From the NCBI GenBank assembly GCA_951406725.2, contig OX597842.1, forward strand, positions 28,458,001 through 28,522,000: a DNA stretch of 64,000 nucleotides. The letters are read 5' to 3'. This document shows, in pieces, positions 15,189 through 28,900 of this stretch (within the stretch, counting starts at the first letter, position 1; each line of letters starts with the position of its first letter). This DNA comes from Octopus vulgaris. Taxonomy: Eukaryota. The notes under the pieces are model-generated. The model was not told the DNA's origin, searched no databases, and saw nothing but the letters and a program-made list of their open reading frames with translations. The translations under genes and the position numbers were made by a program.

Positions 15189-18100
15189 GTAAGTTTACTT
15201 TATATTGCTTCTTCAATGTTGAATGTTTGTTTATTATTTTATACACAATATTAAATGTTCCTAAATAACCAGATATATTCGTCCATAATATTTCATTTCT
15301 TTCTTTACCTCTTTCCTCTAATCCTCATCATTGTCACTTTTTATAAATATTCAACCAGACAATGAGGCATGCCAGAATTGATGGAATGTGAGTGAGAGAG
15401 AAACCCATCCTCACACACTGCAATGGAGTATTCTGGCAGGAAATATTCAGTCCAAGAGATGGGGGAAAGATGGACCCAATAGATAAATGATGACTTTGTC
15501 AAGAAATTCTCTTGCCATACACAGTTAAAGGTTTTACCGACGTCAAGGGCTACAGTATTTCTTTTGCAGAAGTTGTCAAACATAACCAAAACACTGGGGA
15601 GTCACGTAGGAATCAGACCCCTGCTTGAACCGGCTTTATGGAACTGTTCTGGGGCTCATTGAATAGAGAAAGATACCCAAAGGGACAAAGATGATGGTTG
15701 TTTATGACTTTTTACTTCATAATTGAAATATTGGAAGTTAGAATGACTGGCTGGTAGTCAGCAGATAGGACACTATCAGCAAGAATTATAAAACAGGGCT
15801 TCTCTAAGAGAGTAATGCTACCCTTGGGTAGGGATTGCAAAGAATTTTATAAGGACCAGGGAGCCAAGGCGGCTATGGTCGTACAAATATATAAAACTCA
15901 ATGTGTAGTTGAGTTTGGATCAGAAACTAAAGTGAAGTGGTGATGCATCAAATGTTCACTTATTGTGGGGTGGTGCTGTGGTAAGTAGTCACCCATGTCA
16001 AGACTAGGACCCAAAGGTAAATTAATCTGACCTGTGAGAACATTAAAAATCAGAGATATTGAATCATAGCAAGAAAAGGGGCATTGAAAAACTCTTAGTA
16101 AATAAAAAAGGGCCATAATTGAAAAGTTTAAGAAGCACTGGTATAGAACCATCATGGTTAGGGAGTGGTGGGTGGAATGATTCTGTAAAATCTATAGAGA
16201 TACTCTAGGTAAGAGACAAGAAAATGTGGCTTTTAATTTGGGAGGGAAGACAGCTGACAAATGGTGAAATGCAGAAAAAACATCCTTTAATTTCCTGATG
16301 ACCATCATACATGTATTTCAATGGTAGGTGAATGTCTGCCAGTTTAGTGAGGGTAGGTGTTTTCCTCAAGGTGAAGTCAATAGTGTTTTTTTGTACAGGT
16401 GTAATACAGTTGTGTATGAACCACTCACACCTTCTTACATATTGTATGGCTACAAACTAATGTAAGCCCTGACACTGCTGCTGCCTCATTTAGGCTCAAA
16501 ATTCTGATCCCTACTTTCAGAATATTTCTTATTTTCTCCATTGTTTCTTTTCATTTGTGTCTCCTCCTTTTCCATAGTTGCACATATTTAGCTGTGGTTG
16601 GTGTCGTTCCAAAGTTGTCGCAGATATCTAATCACAAATAATTACTTTGTAATAGATTCAGTGATTAACGTAAAAGGATTTTCAATCTTTTCCTTGAGCT
16701 TATGCATGAACTAAACAGTCTTTCTAAGCCTTTTTCACCTTGATTTACCTGTGCTCTACACCTTTCCTGTAGATTTGCTTTCATTCTTTTCCAAGCTGAT
16801 CTCATGTTGCTGTTTCGCCAGACATATGACATCTGAAGATCCATGCTTCATTTCAAACATCCTGTTCTTCTCTCACCATCATTTAAATCTCCTTCATCAT
16901 TATAGCATTAAATGAAAGTGCTACTATGCCAGGCATCAGTGATAACACAGTGTAGAATTTCATGAGCTTTACCAGGGAATACTAAACTAAAATCCAGTCT
17001 GATATATTTAGAATCCACACAATTATTTCCGAGGGTTTTGACCCTTTATAGCTCTTCACCTGTCCAATTACTTTATACACCATCTTATGGTCTAATCTCT
17101 GCTGTTGGTTAGTGTAGATGGTTTCTCTTATTTACCTGTGTGTCTCCTGTAAGGTACCAAGTTTGAAATCTTGTCAGTGTTCTCTTCAATTCATAATTGA
17201 TATCATACATACCAGTAATAAACTGGGAGATTTTCTCAACTGATTTTTTTTCCCTAGACAGACATCTTATGTTTCATAAGAAAGACTCTTCCATCTCACA
17301 TGAAATGGTATATTTGTACTGGTTTCCCTCGATATTGCTCTGTCCACTTCTATGAAAGGACAGGAAGCACAAGTCATGTAAAGAAAGACACTAATGACCA
17401 TCTAAAGTGCATGCCATCGTTCACGGGATAGAACACTGAAAGACAGAAAAGGGAGCAGTAAAAGAACCACAAAAAGGAAAGGGTGCATAGGAACCTCAGA
17501 TGTAGTGTTTCTGAATTACAGAAAGTGTGGTGTTTTTGAAGGATACAGCTAACAACCAATGTAGATAGTTTATTCCATGCCTTGACAATTCTGAGCATAA
17601 AAATATTGTTTCTGATATCATGGAAACTGGGATGGGTGTTTTTTTTTACTTTATAAGCATGTCTCAGAGTGGTAAAGATATTAAATTCCAGAAGTGGTCA
17701 AAGTTGTTATTGGAAGATGAGGGATAATCTTGTGGGATTCTATCAAGTGAGTTGCTAGAAATGACAAAATTCTGTGTTGATGCATGGAGAAGCAATACAT
17801 TTAAGAAATGATAAGTGATTGAGTGAGGCTATTTGTATGGTTGTACATCTATGGACAGCTTCCAGTAGATTGGCATTCTGGACAAAATGAGCATACCAGA
17901 TTGGAGATGTAACCTATACATGATGGCTAACCCCCTCGTTATCGAGTATGGCCATTGCACGAAGCTTAACTGTTATTGATGCTGTGATCGAATGTGACTT
18001 TTTAGCCCAGCCAAAGATCTACAATGTCTTGTACAAAATTGGCAACTAAGACCTTTACTGGTAATAGCTGGCTGTAGTTGTAACTGGGCTTCATGTACCT

Positions 18101-19112
18101 TTGCATGTCGTTTAAGTCCTCCTGCCGAATTACACTCTCTTCCACATGCCCGACAGATATGATTAGTATGGTGTGTTACACCACCACCAGTGGCCAGGTG
18201 GTCACTCATCTGTCTCGCTTTATGACTGTGAAGATGACTCGTGAGTCATCCTATACATACATACATGTATACATATCAGCATATATATAACAAAGTATGG
18301 ATATAGTAATCTAATTAGGTAACAATGTCTAAGTTAAATGTTTGTGAGAATTTGAAGTTGTAGCTTTACTGTACTTAGACCAGTGGTGGGACTTGAATGA
18401 CTGGAACTATACATACATACATACATATATATGGTGGCTGCCCCCTCGTTATCGAGTATGGCCATTGTACGAAGCTTAATCAATGTTGTTATCATGCAAT
18501 GCCTGTGCAAGAAGATTTTTTTTAAAGTGAGGAAAGGCTGTGCACTGAGTCAATCCCACTCACTAAGCAACAGCAGCCATAATCCGAAAAGAAGAACAAG
18601 TCAACATCATCGGTAACCACTGAGCTGCAGGTTTTATGCCGGAGTTATCCCAGTTACCTGAGTTACCTTCGCCTAGAAGGATGCCCAAACAAAGGCTAGG
18701 AGTCCTTCACTCCCAATGGTTTAACCGCACGATCGGGTATTCAGTCCGATTATTTCTATGTTCCTGTGCATGATACAGCCTTAAGACATTTATTGGAAGG
18801 CTGTTGACTCTCAAGAGTTCCTCCACCCTACATACATACATACATACATACATGTGTGTGTGTATGTATGTGTGAATATGTATATGAAGGCACATGACTC
18901 AATGGTTAGGGCAACAGGCTCACAATCAGGAGATAGTGAGTTTGATTCCCAGTCTGGGCTGTGTGTTGTATTCTTCAACAAGACATTTTATTTCATGTTG
19001 CACACTGGTGTGTGTGTGTGTGTATCTTTCTTTCTTCATCTTTCATATCCCTTTCTTTCACTCCAGCATCTTCTTTACTCTCTCTTCTCTTCTTTCTCTC
19101 TCTCTCTATTCT

Positions 19113-19152
<40 letters not shown>

Positions 19153-20909
19153 TTGATATATTTTATATATCTTCTCTTTCTTCTCTTCAGGTCAACCAAA
19201 TAAATTCATACAGTCAAACCTTCTTAATGGTGGCTTGTGGACAGGGCAGCACAAGTCTAATAGCCTTCTTGATAGAATCTGGAGCCAATATGGACATGAG
19301 TGACAAAGACAAGAATACAGCATTGCATTATGCTGTGGAGAAGTAAGGCTTGAATTAATTAAAATCTTCAGATCTGCTTTTGTTTTGAAATTTTTTGCAA
19401 TTCCAGACAAATTGAATATCCAAAGATACCATAATAGTGGCAGTGTGACACGATAACAACATGATAGTAGTAACCAAATAACATCTTTTTCTCATTTTCT
19501 CCATGAATCCTCTTCATTGAATCACAAAAATCTTTTTCGTTATTTTTGTCAAAACAGATATGATTAGTATGGTGCGTTACACCACCACCAGTGGCCAGGT
19601 TGTCACTCATCTGTCTCGCTTTATGACTACGAAGATGACTCGTGAGTCATCCTATACATACATACATATCATTATATATATAACAAAGTATGGAGATATT
19701 CTTTGAGAGCCAACAGTTCTTAAGATTGACCCATTGTGATTCAGTGCCTTCTCTTCATATTGATTATGGAGAGATCGATCAATTTTTCTCCAAAGAAAAT
19801 GTTATTTGAGATCTAAAGCAACAAGAAAGATTCTCTAGCTTGTTTTGACAGTAAATAATCTGTAAATTTCTTACAGAAATTATTTCTCACCTCCATCTGC
19901 AACTCACTCAACACATTTTGAGATCTATTATATTTTGAATTGTGCTTCATAAGGTCATCTCTGGACAATAAAACATGTTTTGAAGTTCTTATTAGTTTCT
20001 ATAGGTTCTGCAGTCGCAAATTGTTCCAGAATTTTGCACAAACACACACACACCATCATTGTCATCGAATGTTCCTTTTCCATGCTGGCATGGGTGGGAA
20101 GGTTTGATAGGAACAGACAAGTCAGAAGACCACACCAAACACTACTGTCTGCTTAGGTTTGGTTTCTATGGCTGGACGACCTTCCTAACACCAACCACTT
20201 TGCAGAGTGTACTGGATGCCTTTTACATGCCATCCAAACCAGTGAGGTCACCAGTTAATTGCGAGACAAAGACCTCTCGACTGGTTGAGGTGGTGAGGTG
20301 GGGGAGCTAATATTGCTGGAGAGAAAGGTGTCTTGCATTAGAAGAGGGACATGGCTCCTTCAGATGGAGAAGACAGAGGAGGGAAACACTAGGTTAAAAT
20401 CTAGTGTTTGGCCCAAGCAAAGAAAAAAGGAAAAAAAATAGTGCAATAGGTGTGAAACAACATGTAGTAAACGAATATGAAAAAAAAAAATATGGCGAAC
20501 GGGAGGTGGGGAGACGACTCGGAAAATTCAAATCTCACCACTTCCCCGTTCGTCGGCGAATTTTTTGTTCTTCATTTTCGTATTTTACACATTATTTTAC
20601 ACCCGGTACTCTACTTTTGTTCAATTTTTGTGACGGGGCGGGTGGGTGGGGTGCGGACTCGGATGATTCACACGATCCGGTAACCCCACTCGACAACCGG
20701 TCCCAAAAATGAAAACAAAAAGTGTAACAGGTGTAAAACAACATGTAGTTTTCGGATCCTGTGAGATTGATCGTGTGAATTTTCCGAGTCGTCTCCACCG
20801 CCCCTCGTTCGCCAACGTTTTTTTTTTTTACTTATTCTTTTTATATTTTATTTTACACCTATTGCACAATTTTTTTTGCTCGAGTCAAACACTGGAGTTT
20901 AACTTATAA

Positions 20910-21006
<97 letters not shown>

Positions 21007-21630
21007 TATATATAATAAATATTTGTGTGTTTATATATTCATTTATGTGTGTTATATGACCGCCATACTTTACTGTTTCTTTTGGCGGTAAAAATACGCC
21101 TCGTTGCCCTTAACAACAAACTTTCTCTTGCATAGTCTGTTGCTATGACAACATTACATTTGCAGACGTAGTTTTCCCGCCAATTACGACGTGCTGCTGT
21201 TGTTGTTGTTTTTTTAGATTGATGAGAAATCTGCTATCAATTAGTTTGTCTATAATTTTCAGACATTCCATCTTTCGCAAAAGGATTACAATACATTTTT
21301 CAATGTATACCTAATATATAGATACTAACAACGGTACTTAATCCTTGTTTTGTATTGTACACTCGCTGGGATAAAAATATTTATACTTTATACCCTCACC
21401 TATTAATATGTGTATACACACACACGTACACATTTGTTTACTGTGTATTAACGATTATACGTATTTCAGTGGCTCATATTTCTCTGTCTGTCTGTCTCTC
21501 TATATACATATATATACACATACACATATACACATACATGCATATATATATATATAAATATATATATACATACACATATACACCTGTATAATATAATTGA
21601 CTTTGACATTTCAACTAGCGATATATACCG

Positions 21631-21677
<47 letters not shown>

Positions 21678-22756
21678 ATATATATATATAAATATATATA
21701 TATATGCGTGCATATGTATAGGCATACCTACACAACTGGGCCCCACGACGAATTTGTTTCCTTATAACTTTGAGACAAATTGATATTTTTTAATGAAATT
21801 TCTTTGACAAAAATGCTTCAGATGATGAAGATTCCAATTATATCGGAAATTGTTGTAAAAACAAATTTTCAAACGTTGAGGAGTTGACTTTCTCAAAATT
21901 CACCCAAATCCGTTTTGTTTTTCTATAACTTTCAGAAAAGTGGATATTTTGTTTCTGTGAAAATTTCTACAAATCCCTTTCAAATGGTGTAGATTAGGAT
22001 TATATCGGAATTTAACATGAAAAAACTTTAAAAATTTGATGGTTTCACACACATACATACTGACACACATCACGGTTATTTTCCCAAAATTCATCTTTTT
22101 ATTTTCTGGTTTGTGTCAGTGTATATCTGTGCGAATCCACCAATTTTTAAAACATTCTTCATATTAAATTCCGATATAATCGAAATCTTCACCATCTGAA
22201 ACGGTTTTATTGAAAATTTCATTTGAAAATATCTATTTTTTTGGAAAGAAAGCCGACTCGGGTGAACTTTCCTAAATTTCTCTCTCCACCCACCGAAAAG
22301 GTTTTTCTCACAACAAATTCCGATATAATTGGAATATTTGCCATCTGAAGGATATTTGTGAAAGAAATTTCATTGAAAAACATCCAATTTTCTAGAAGTT
22401 ACAAGGAAACATTCGTCTGGGGCACATTTGTGTAGGTTTGCCTCTACATACATATTTGCATATATATATATATATACACACACGAGGCTGTAGTATACAT
22501 AGGTTTTTATGCATTTACTGGAACACGAGTGTATATTTAATGTAATTATTAAGTGAATGTGATGTTTTATGTTTGTTTTTTTTCCTTTCAGCCACAAAAC
22601 TGATGTTGTGGCCTCCTTAGTCTCCAGTGGAGCAAATGTTAATAAGCAGAACTCATGCGGCAACACACCTCTACATCGGGCTGTGAGGAATAACTATAAA
22701 GATGTAGTCAAAGTCCTGTTAAAAAGCAAAGAAAATAACAATTTACAGGTCAGCGA

Positions 22757-22796
<40 letters not shown>

Positions 22797-25700
22797 ATAA
22801 TGATATGTATGTTGGTTTGTGTTATATGTATATGAAACAGTTTATATTTATATGTTTTTAATTAAAAACTTTTCTTCAGCTCACAGACCTGTACATACAT
22901 ACACAAATATACACACACATAAACGCATATATACACAAAAATGCATAAACAAATGATCAGTGAAGATATAAAACACGTATGTATATATAGGTATTTATGT
23001 ATATATGTATGTGCGAGAGTGTATATATATATATGCATACACATATGTGTGTGTGTATAGATACATTATAAATCTCATTTATTTTCCCCTCACCTTCATT
23101 CCACCTGTTTAAATTAATCTGATTCTGTTTCTCTGACATTTTTCATTTTTTTCCTTCTTCCCACAATAAACACCATCTTTAATGTCTTTATTGTTTTTAG
23201 GTTAATCAGGGAAATAATTTTAGTGCAACAGCTCTCCATCTTGCCTGTCTCTATGGACAAATAAACATTGTTGAACTTCTCCTGCAACAGAATGGCATCG
23301 ATGTTAATGCTGTGGAGAACAAAGGTTGGACAGCTCTCCATTTTGCCTGTCAGGAAGGACATACGGACGTTGTTGAACTTCTCCTGCAACAGAATGGCAT
23401 CGATGTTAATGCTGTGGAGAACAAAGTTTGGACAGCTCTCCATGTTGCCTGTCAGGAAGGACATACGGACGTTGTTGAACTTCTCCTGCAACACAATGGC
23501 ATCGATGTTAATGCTGTGACGGAAAATGGTTGGACAGCTCTCCATGTTGCCTGTCAATATGGACATACGGACGTTGTTGAACTTCTCCTGCAACAGAATG
23601 GCTCTGACATCTGTGCTGTGACCAATCATGGTTTCACCCCTCTTCATATTGCCTCTATTCATGGACGCACGGAAGTTATTGAACTTCTCCTGCAACAGAA
23701 TGGCATCGATGCCAATAAGGTGGACGAATTCGGTGACACCCCTCTCCATTGGGCAGTTCGAAAGTAAGTCCCCAATGGATTTGGATTATCCAAATCTGTT
23801 TCTTTAATCTTTGTTTTCTTGTTTCGAGTCATTCATGTCATAATCCCACCATGGGTCGTCATGCTTCACCCCTCTCTCTCTCTCTCTCTCTCTCACTCTA
23901 ATGACACTGTAATCTAACTTCATTAATTAATCATCATAATTGTTGTTGTTGTTGTTGTTACCTGACTGGATTCTTTACTTCATCTCATCCTTCGTTACCT
24001 CAACGTTACAGGTTCAAATCCTCTCCCTTCTTCCTTTCATTCCATGTAAAACACCTCACCCTCCCCCCTCTCTTGAAATTTTCCTCTTTCCTCTGGCCCT
24101 GGGCTAAATGCAGAATCATCCCCTTACTTTGATCCGTTTGTGTTCCAAGTTCAACTGCTGGGCTCAAAATCTGTACCAGTAATATCCAGGGGTTCATTTA
24201 ATAGATTGTCCTCCCTCTTTACTCCTGTTCTTGTGTCTGATTACTGTTGGAAAATATTCAGATAAAATTTACAAGTGTTGATATCTGGACGGTTTCCTAG
24301 TCTTCTGATTGTTTACGGAATATGTGGTGTAATTTTTAATTATGTATCTTATGCAAATAACCTACATCTTCTTTACACTGGTTATGGTAAATCTGGGTTT
24401 TGAGTTTATACCCTTCTTAGAAATTTTATCTCAATATTTCCCAACCTTTGCCTTTTATTAACCCTTACCTTTTTCTACCCTTTTAGGCCCCTCTTTTTTG
24501 TATATTACGAATTACCCTTCCGACCCCTTTCGTTGTATTAACAATTAATATTATCTTAATTTTAATGATTCTTAATACTATTTTAGTTAACAGTATGTAT
24601 GTGTATGTTGTTGGCATCGTTTTTGTGCTCGTGCAAATGTATATGCATGTGTTTGAGAGAGAGAGAGAGAGTGTGTGTGTGTGTGTGTCGTTTGTATGTG
24701 TGTGTACGCTTATATATTAATTACTATGTGCTTGTGCAAATGTATATGCATGTGTTTGAGAGAGAGAGAGGGAGTGTGTGTGTGTGTCGTTTGTATGTGT
24801 GTGTACGCTTATATATTAATTACTATGTGCTTGTGCAAATGTATATGCATGTGTTTGAGAGAGAGAGGGAGTGTGTGTGGGTGTCGTTTGTATGTGTGTG
24901 TACGCTTATATATTAATAACTATGTGCTTGTGCAAATGTATATGCATGTGTTTGAGAGAGAGAGAGGGAGTGTGTGTGGGTGTCGTTTGTATGTGTGTGT
25001 ACGCTTATATATTAATTACTATGTGCTTGTGCAAATGTATATGCATGTGTTTGAGAGAGAGAGAGTGTGTGTGTGTGTGTCGTTTGTATGTGTGTGTACG
25101 CTTATATATTAATTACTATGTGCTTGTGCAAATGTATATGCATGTGTTTGAGAGAGAGAGAGAGAGAGAGTGTGTGTGTCGTTTGTATGTGTGTGTACGC
25201 TTATATATTAATTACTATGTGCTTGTGCAAATGTATATGCATGTGTTTGAGAGAGAGAGAGAGTGTGTGTGTGTGTGTGTCGTTTGTATGTGTGTGTACG
25301 CTTATATATTAATTACTATGTGCTTGTGCAAATGTATATGCATGTGTTTGAGAGAGAGAGTGTGTGTGTGTGTGTGTGTGTGTCGTTTGTATGTGTGTGT
25401 ACGCTTATATATTAATTACTATGTGCTTGTGCAAATGTATATGCATGTGTTTGAGAGAGAGAGTGTGTGTGTGTGTGTGTGTGTGTCGTTTGTGTGTGTG
25501 TGTACGCTTATATATTAATTACTATGTGCTTGTGCAAATGTATATGCATGTGTTTGAGAGAGAGAGAGAGAGAGTGTGTGTGTGTGTGTCGTTTGTATGT
25601 GTGTGTACGCTTATATATTAATTACTATGTGCTTGTGCAAATGTATATGCATGTGTTTGAGAGAGAGAGAGAGATAGTGTGTGTGTGTGTGTCGTTTGTA

Positions 25701-25960
25701 TGTGTGTGTACGCTTATATATTAATTACTATGTGCTTGTGCAAATGTATATGCATGTGTTTGAGAGAGAGAGAGAGTGTGTGTGTGTGTGTCGTTTGTAT
25801 GTGTGTGTACGCTTATATATTAATTACTATGTGCTTGTGCAAATGTATATGCATGTGTTTGAGAGAGAGAGAGAGAGAGTGTGTGTGTGTGTGTCGTTTG
25901 TATGTGTGTGTACGCTTATATATTAATTACTATGTGCTTGTGCAAATGTATATGCATGTG

Positions 25961-25994
<34 letters not shown>

Positions 25995-28900
25995 TGTGTG
26001 TGTGTCGTTTGTATGTGTGTGTACGCTTATATATTAATTACTATGTGCTTGTGCAAATGTATGTGCATGTGTTTGAGAGAGAGAGAGAGAGAGAGTGTGT
26101 GTGTGTGTGTCGTTTGTATGTGTGTGTACGCTTATATATTAATTACTATGTGCTTGTGCAAATGTATATGAATGTGTTTGAGAGAGAGAGAGAGAGAGAG
26201 AGGTGTGTGTGTGTGTCGTTTGTATGTGTGTGTACGCTTATATATTAATTACTATGTGCTTGTGCAAATGTATATGCATGTGTTTGAGAGAGAGAGAGAG
26301 AGAGAGTGTGTGTGTGTGTCGTTTGTATGTGTGTGTACGCTTATATATTAATTACTATGTGCTTGTGCAAATGTATATGCATGTGTTTGAGAGAGAGAGA
26401 GAGAGTGTGTGTGTGTGTCGTTTGTATGTGTGTGTACGCTTATATATTAATTACTATGTGCTTGTGCAAATGTATATGCATGTGTTTGAGAGAGAGAGAG
26501 AGAGAGAGAGAGTGTGTGTGTGTGTCGTTTGTATGTGTGTGTACGCTTATATATTAATTACTATGTGCTTGTGCAAATGTATATGCATGTGTTTGAGAGA
26601 GAGAGAGAGAGAGAGAGTGTGTGTGTGTGTCGTGCGTCTGCTATATTTCTTTATCAATATCGATCACGCAGCAATGTTGGGATTTCATTGGTTAAAATTC
26701 GACGATGCTGGGATTTCATTGGTTAAAATTCGAAGATCCTGGGATTTCATTGGTTAAAATTCTTAAAATAGAGAGGAGGGAGATAGTTAATGGAGAGGGG
26801 AGAAGGTATCGGGGTTCGAGATCAGCGCCTAAACGGTAATGAAACAAGGTTATCTTAGCTGCACATTTCTGAAATCCAAGTTTATCATCCGAAGCAAAGC
26901 AATGAGGAATCGAGTGGAGGCAGGAACCGAGCAAACACTGGTTTATATAGAGATTAGGGGTTTTTCGGGGGGAGGGGGACGATTGGCGTGTTACATAGAA
27001 GAGGGGGAAAGAGAGAGAGAGAAGGGAGGCCCCACGAGGGAGAAATCTCTATGGCAGGACGAGGTTCGAAATAGAAAAAAAACTTAATGAAACAGGAAAT
27101 GCCGAAAACGCGAGGCAGGCTTATATATATAAATATATATATGCGTCCATATGTATAGGCATACCTACACAACTGGGCCCCACAACGAATTTTCTTCCTT
27201 ATAACTTTTAGACAAATTGATATTTTTTAATGAAATTTCTTTGACAAAAATGCTTCAGATGATGAAGATTCCAGTTATATCGGAAATTGTTGTAAAAACA
27301 AATTTTCAAACGTTGAGGAGTTGACTTTCTCAAAATTCACCCAAATCCGTTTGGTTTTTCTATAACTTTCAGAAAAGTGGATATTTTGTTTCTGTGAAAA
27401 TTTCTACAAATCCCTTTCAAATGGTGTAGATTAGGATTATATCGGAATTTAACATGAAAAAACTTTAAAAATTTGATGGTTTCGCACACATACATACTGA
27501 CACACATCACGGTTATTTTCCCAAAGTTCATCTTTTTATTTTCTGTTTTGTGTCAGTGTATATCTGTGCGAATCCACCAATTTTTATAATTTTCTTCATA
27601 TTAAATTCCGATATAATCGAAATCTTCACCATCTGAAACGGTTTTATTGAAAATTTCATTTGAAAATATCTATTTTTTTGGAAAGAAAGCCGACTCGGGT
27701 GAACTTTCCTAAATTTCTCTCTCCACCCACCGAAAAGGTTTTTCTCACAACAAATTCCGATATAATTGGAATATTTGCCATCTGAAGGATATTTGTGAAA
27801 GAAATTTCATTGAAAAACATCCATTTTTCTAGAAGTTACAAGGAAACATTCGCCTGGGGCACATTTGTGTAGGTTTGCCTCTACATACATATTTGCATAT
27901 ATATTTATATATATACACACACGAGGCTGTAGTATACATAGGTTTTTATGCATTTAATGGAACACGAGTGTATATTTGATGTAATTATTAAGTGAATGTG
28001 ATGTTTTATGTTTGTTTTTCTTCCTTTCAGCCACAAAACTGATGCTGTGGCCTTCTTAGTCTCCAGTGGAGCAAATGTTAATAAGCAGAACTCAAGGGGC
28101 GACACACCTCTACATCTGGCTGTGTTGAATAACTATGAAGATGTAGTCAAAGTCCTGTTAAATAGCAAAGAAAATAACAATTTACAGGTCAGTGAATATA
28201 TATATATATGTGTGTGTGTGTGTATAATGATATGTATGTTGGTTTGTGTTGTATGTATATGAAACAGTTTATATTTATATTTTTTTAATTAAAAACTTTT
28301 CTTCAGCTCACACAGACCTGTACATACATACACAAATATACACACACATAAACGCATATATACACAAAAATGCATAAACAAATGATCAGTGAAGATATAA
28401 AACACGTATGTATATATAGGTATTTATGTATATATGTATGTGCGAGAGTGTATATATATATATATGCATACACGTGTGTGTGTGTGTATAGATACATTAT
28501 AAATCTCATTTATTTTCCCCCCACCTTCATTCCACCTGTTTAAATTAATCTGATTCTGTTTTTCTGACATTTTTCATTTTTTCCTTCTTCCCCCAATAAA
28601 CACCATCTTTAATGTCTTTATTGTTTATCTTTTTTAGGTTAATCAGCAAAATAATTTGGGTTGGACAGCTCTCCATGTTGCCTGTCTCTATGGACAAACA
28701 AACATTGTTGAACTTCTCCTGCAACAGAATGGCACTGACATCTGTGCTGTGACCAAGCAAGGTTTCACCCCTCTTCATATTGCATCTCTTCATGGACGCA
28801 CGGAAGTTGTTGATTTTCTCCTGCAACAGAATGGCATCGATGCCAATAAGGTGGACGAAGACGGTGACACCCCTCTCCATCTGGCAGTTCTAAAGTAAGT

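Noticed and set aside
17973-18209. Two-finger C2H2 ORF as a host transcription factor
   Set aside because: No TGEKP linker; finger style and the adjacent shared 3' tail indicate a LINE C-terminus.
23114-23749. 211-aa antisense ORF (also 28545-28880)
   Set aside because: Shadow of the repeated ankyrin exon.
24619-26633. Constant repeat + variable spacer pattern resembling a CRISPR array
   Set aside because: The spacers are only (GA)n(GT)n length variants; eukaryotic intron, no cas genes.
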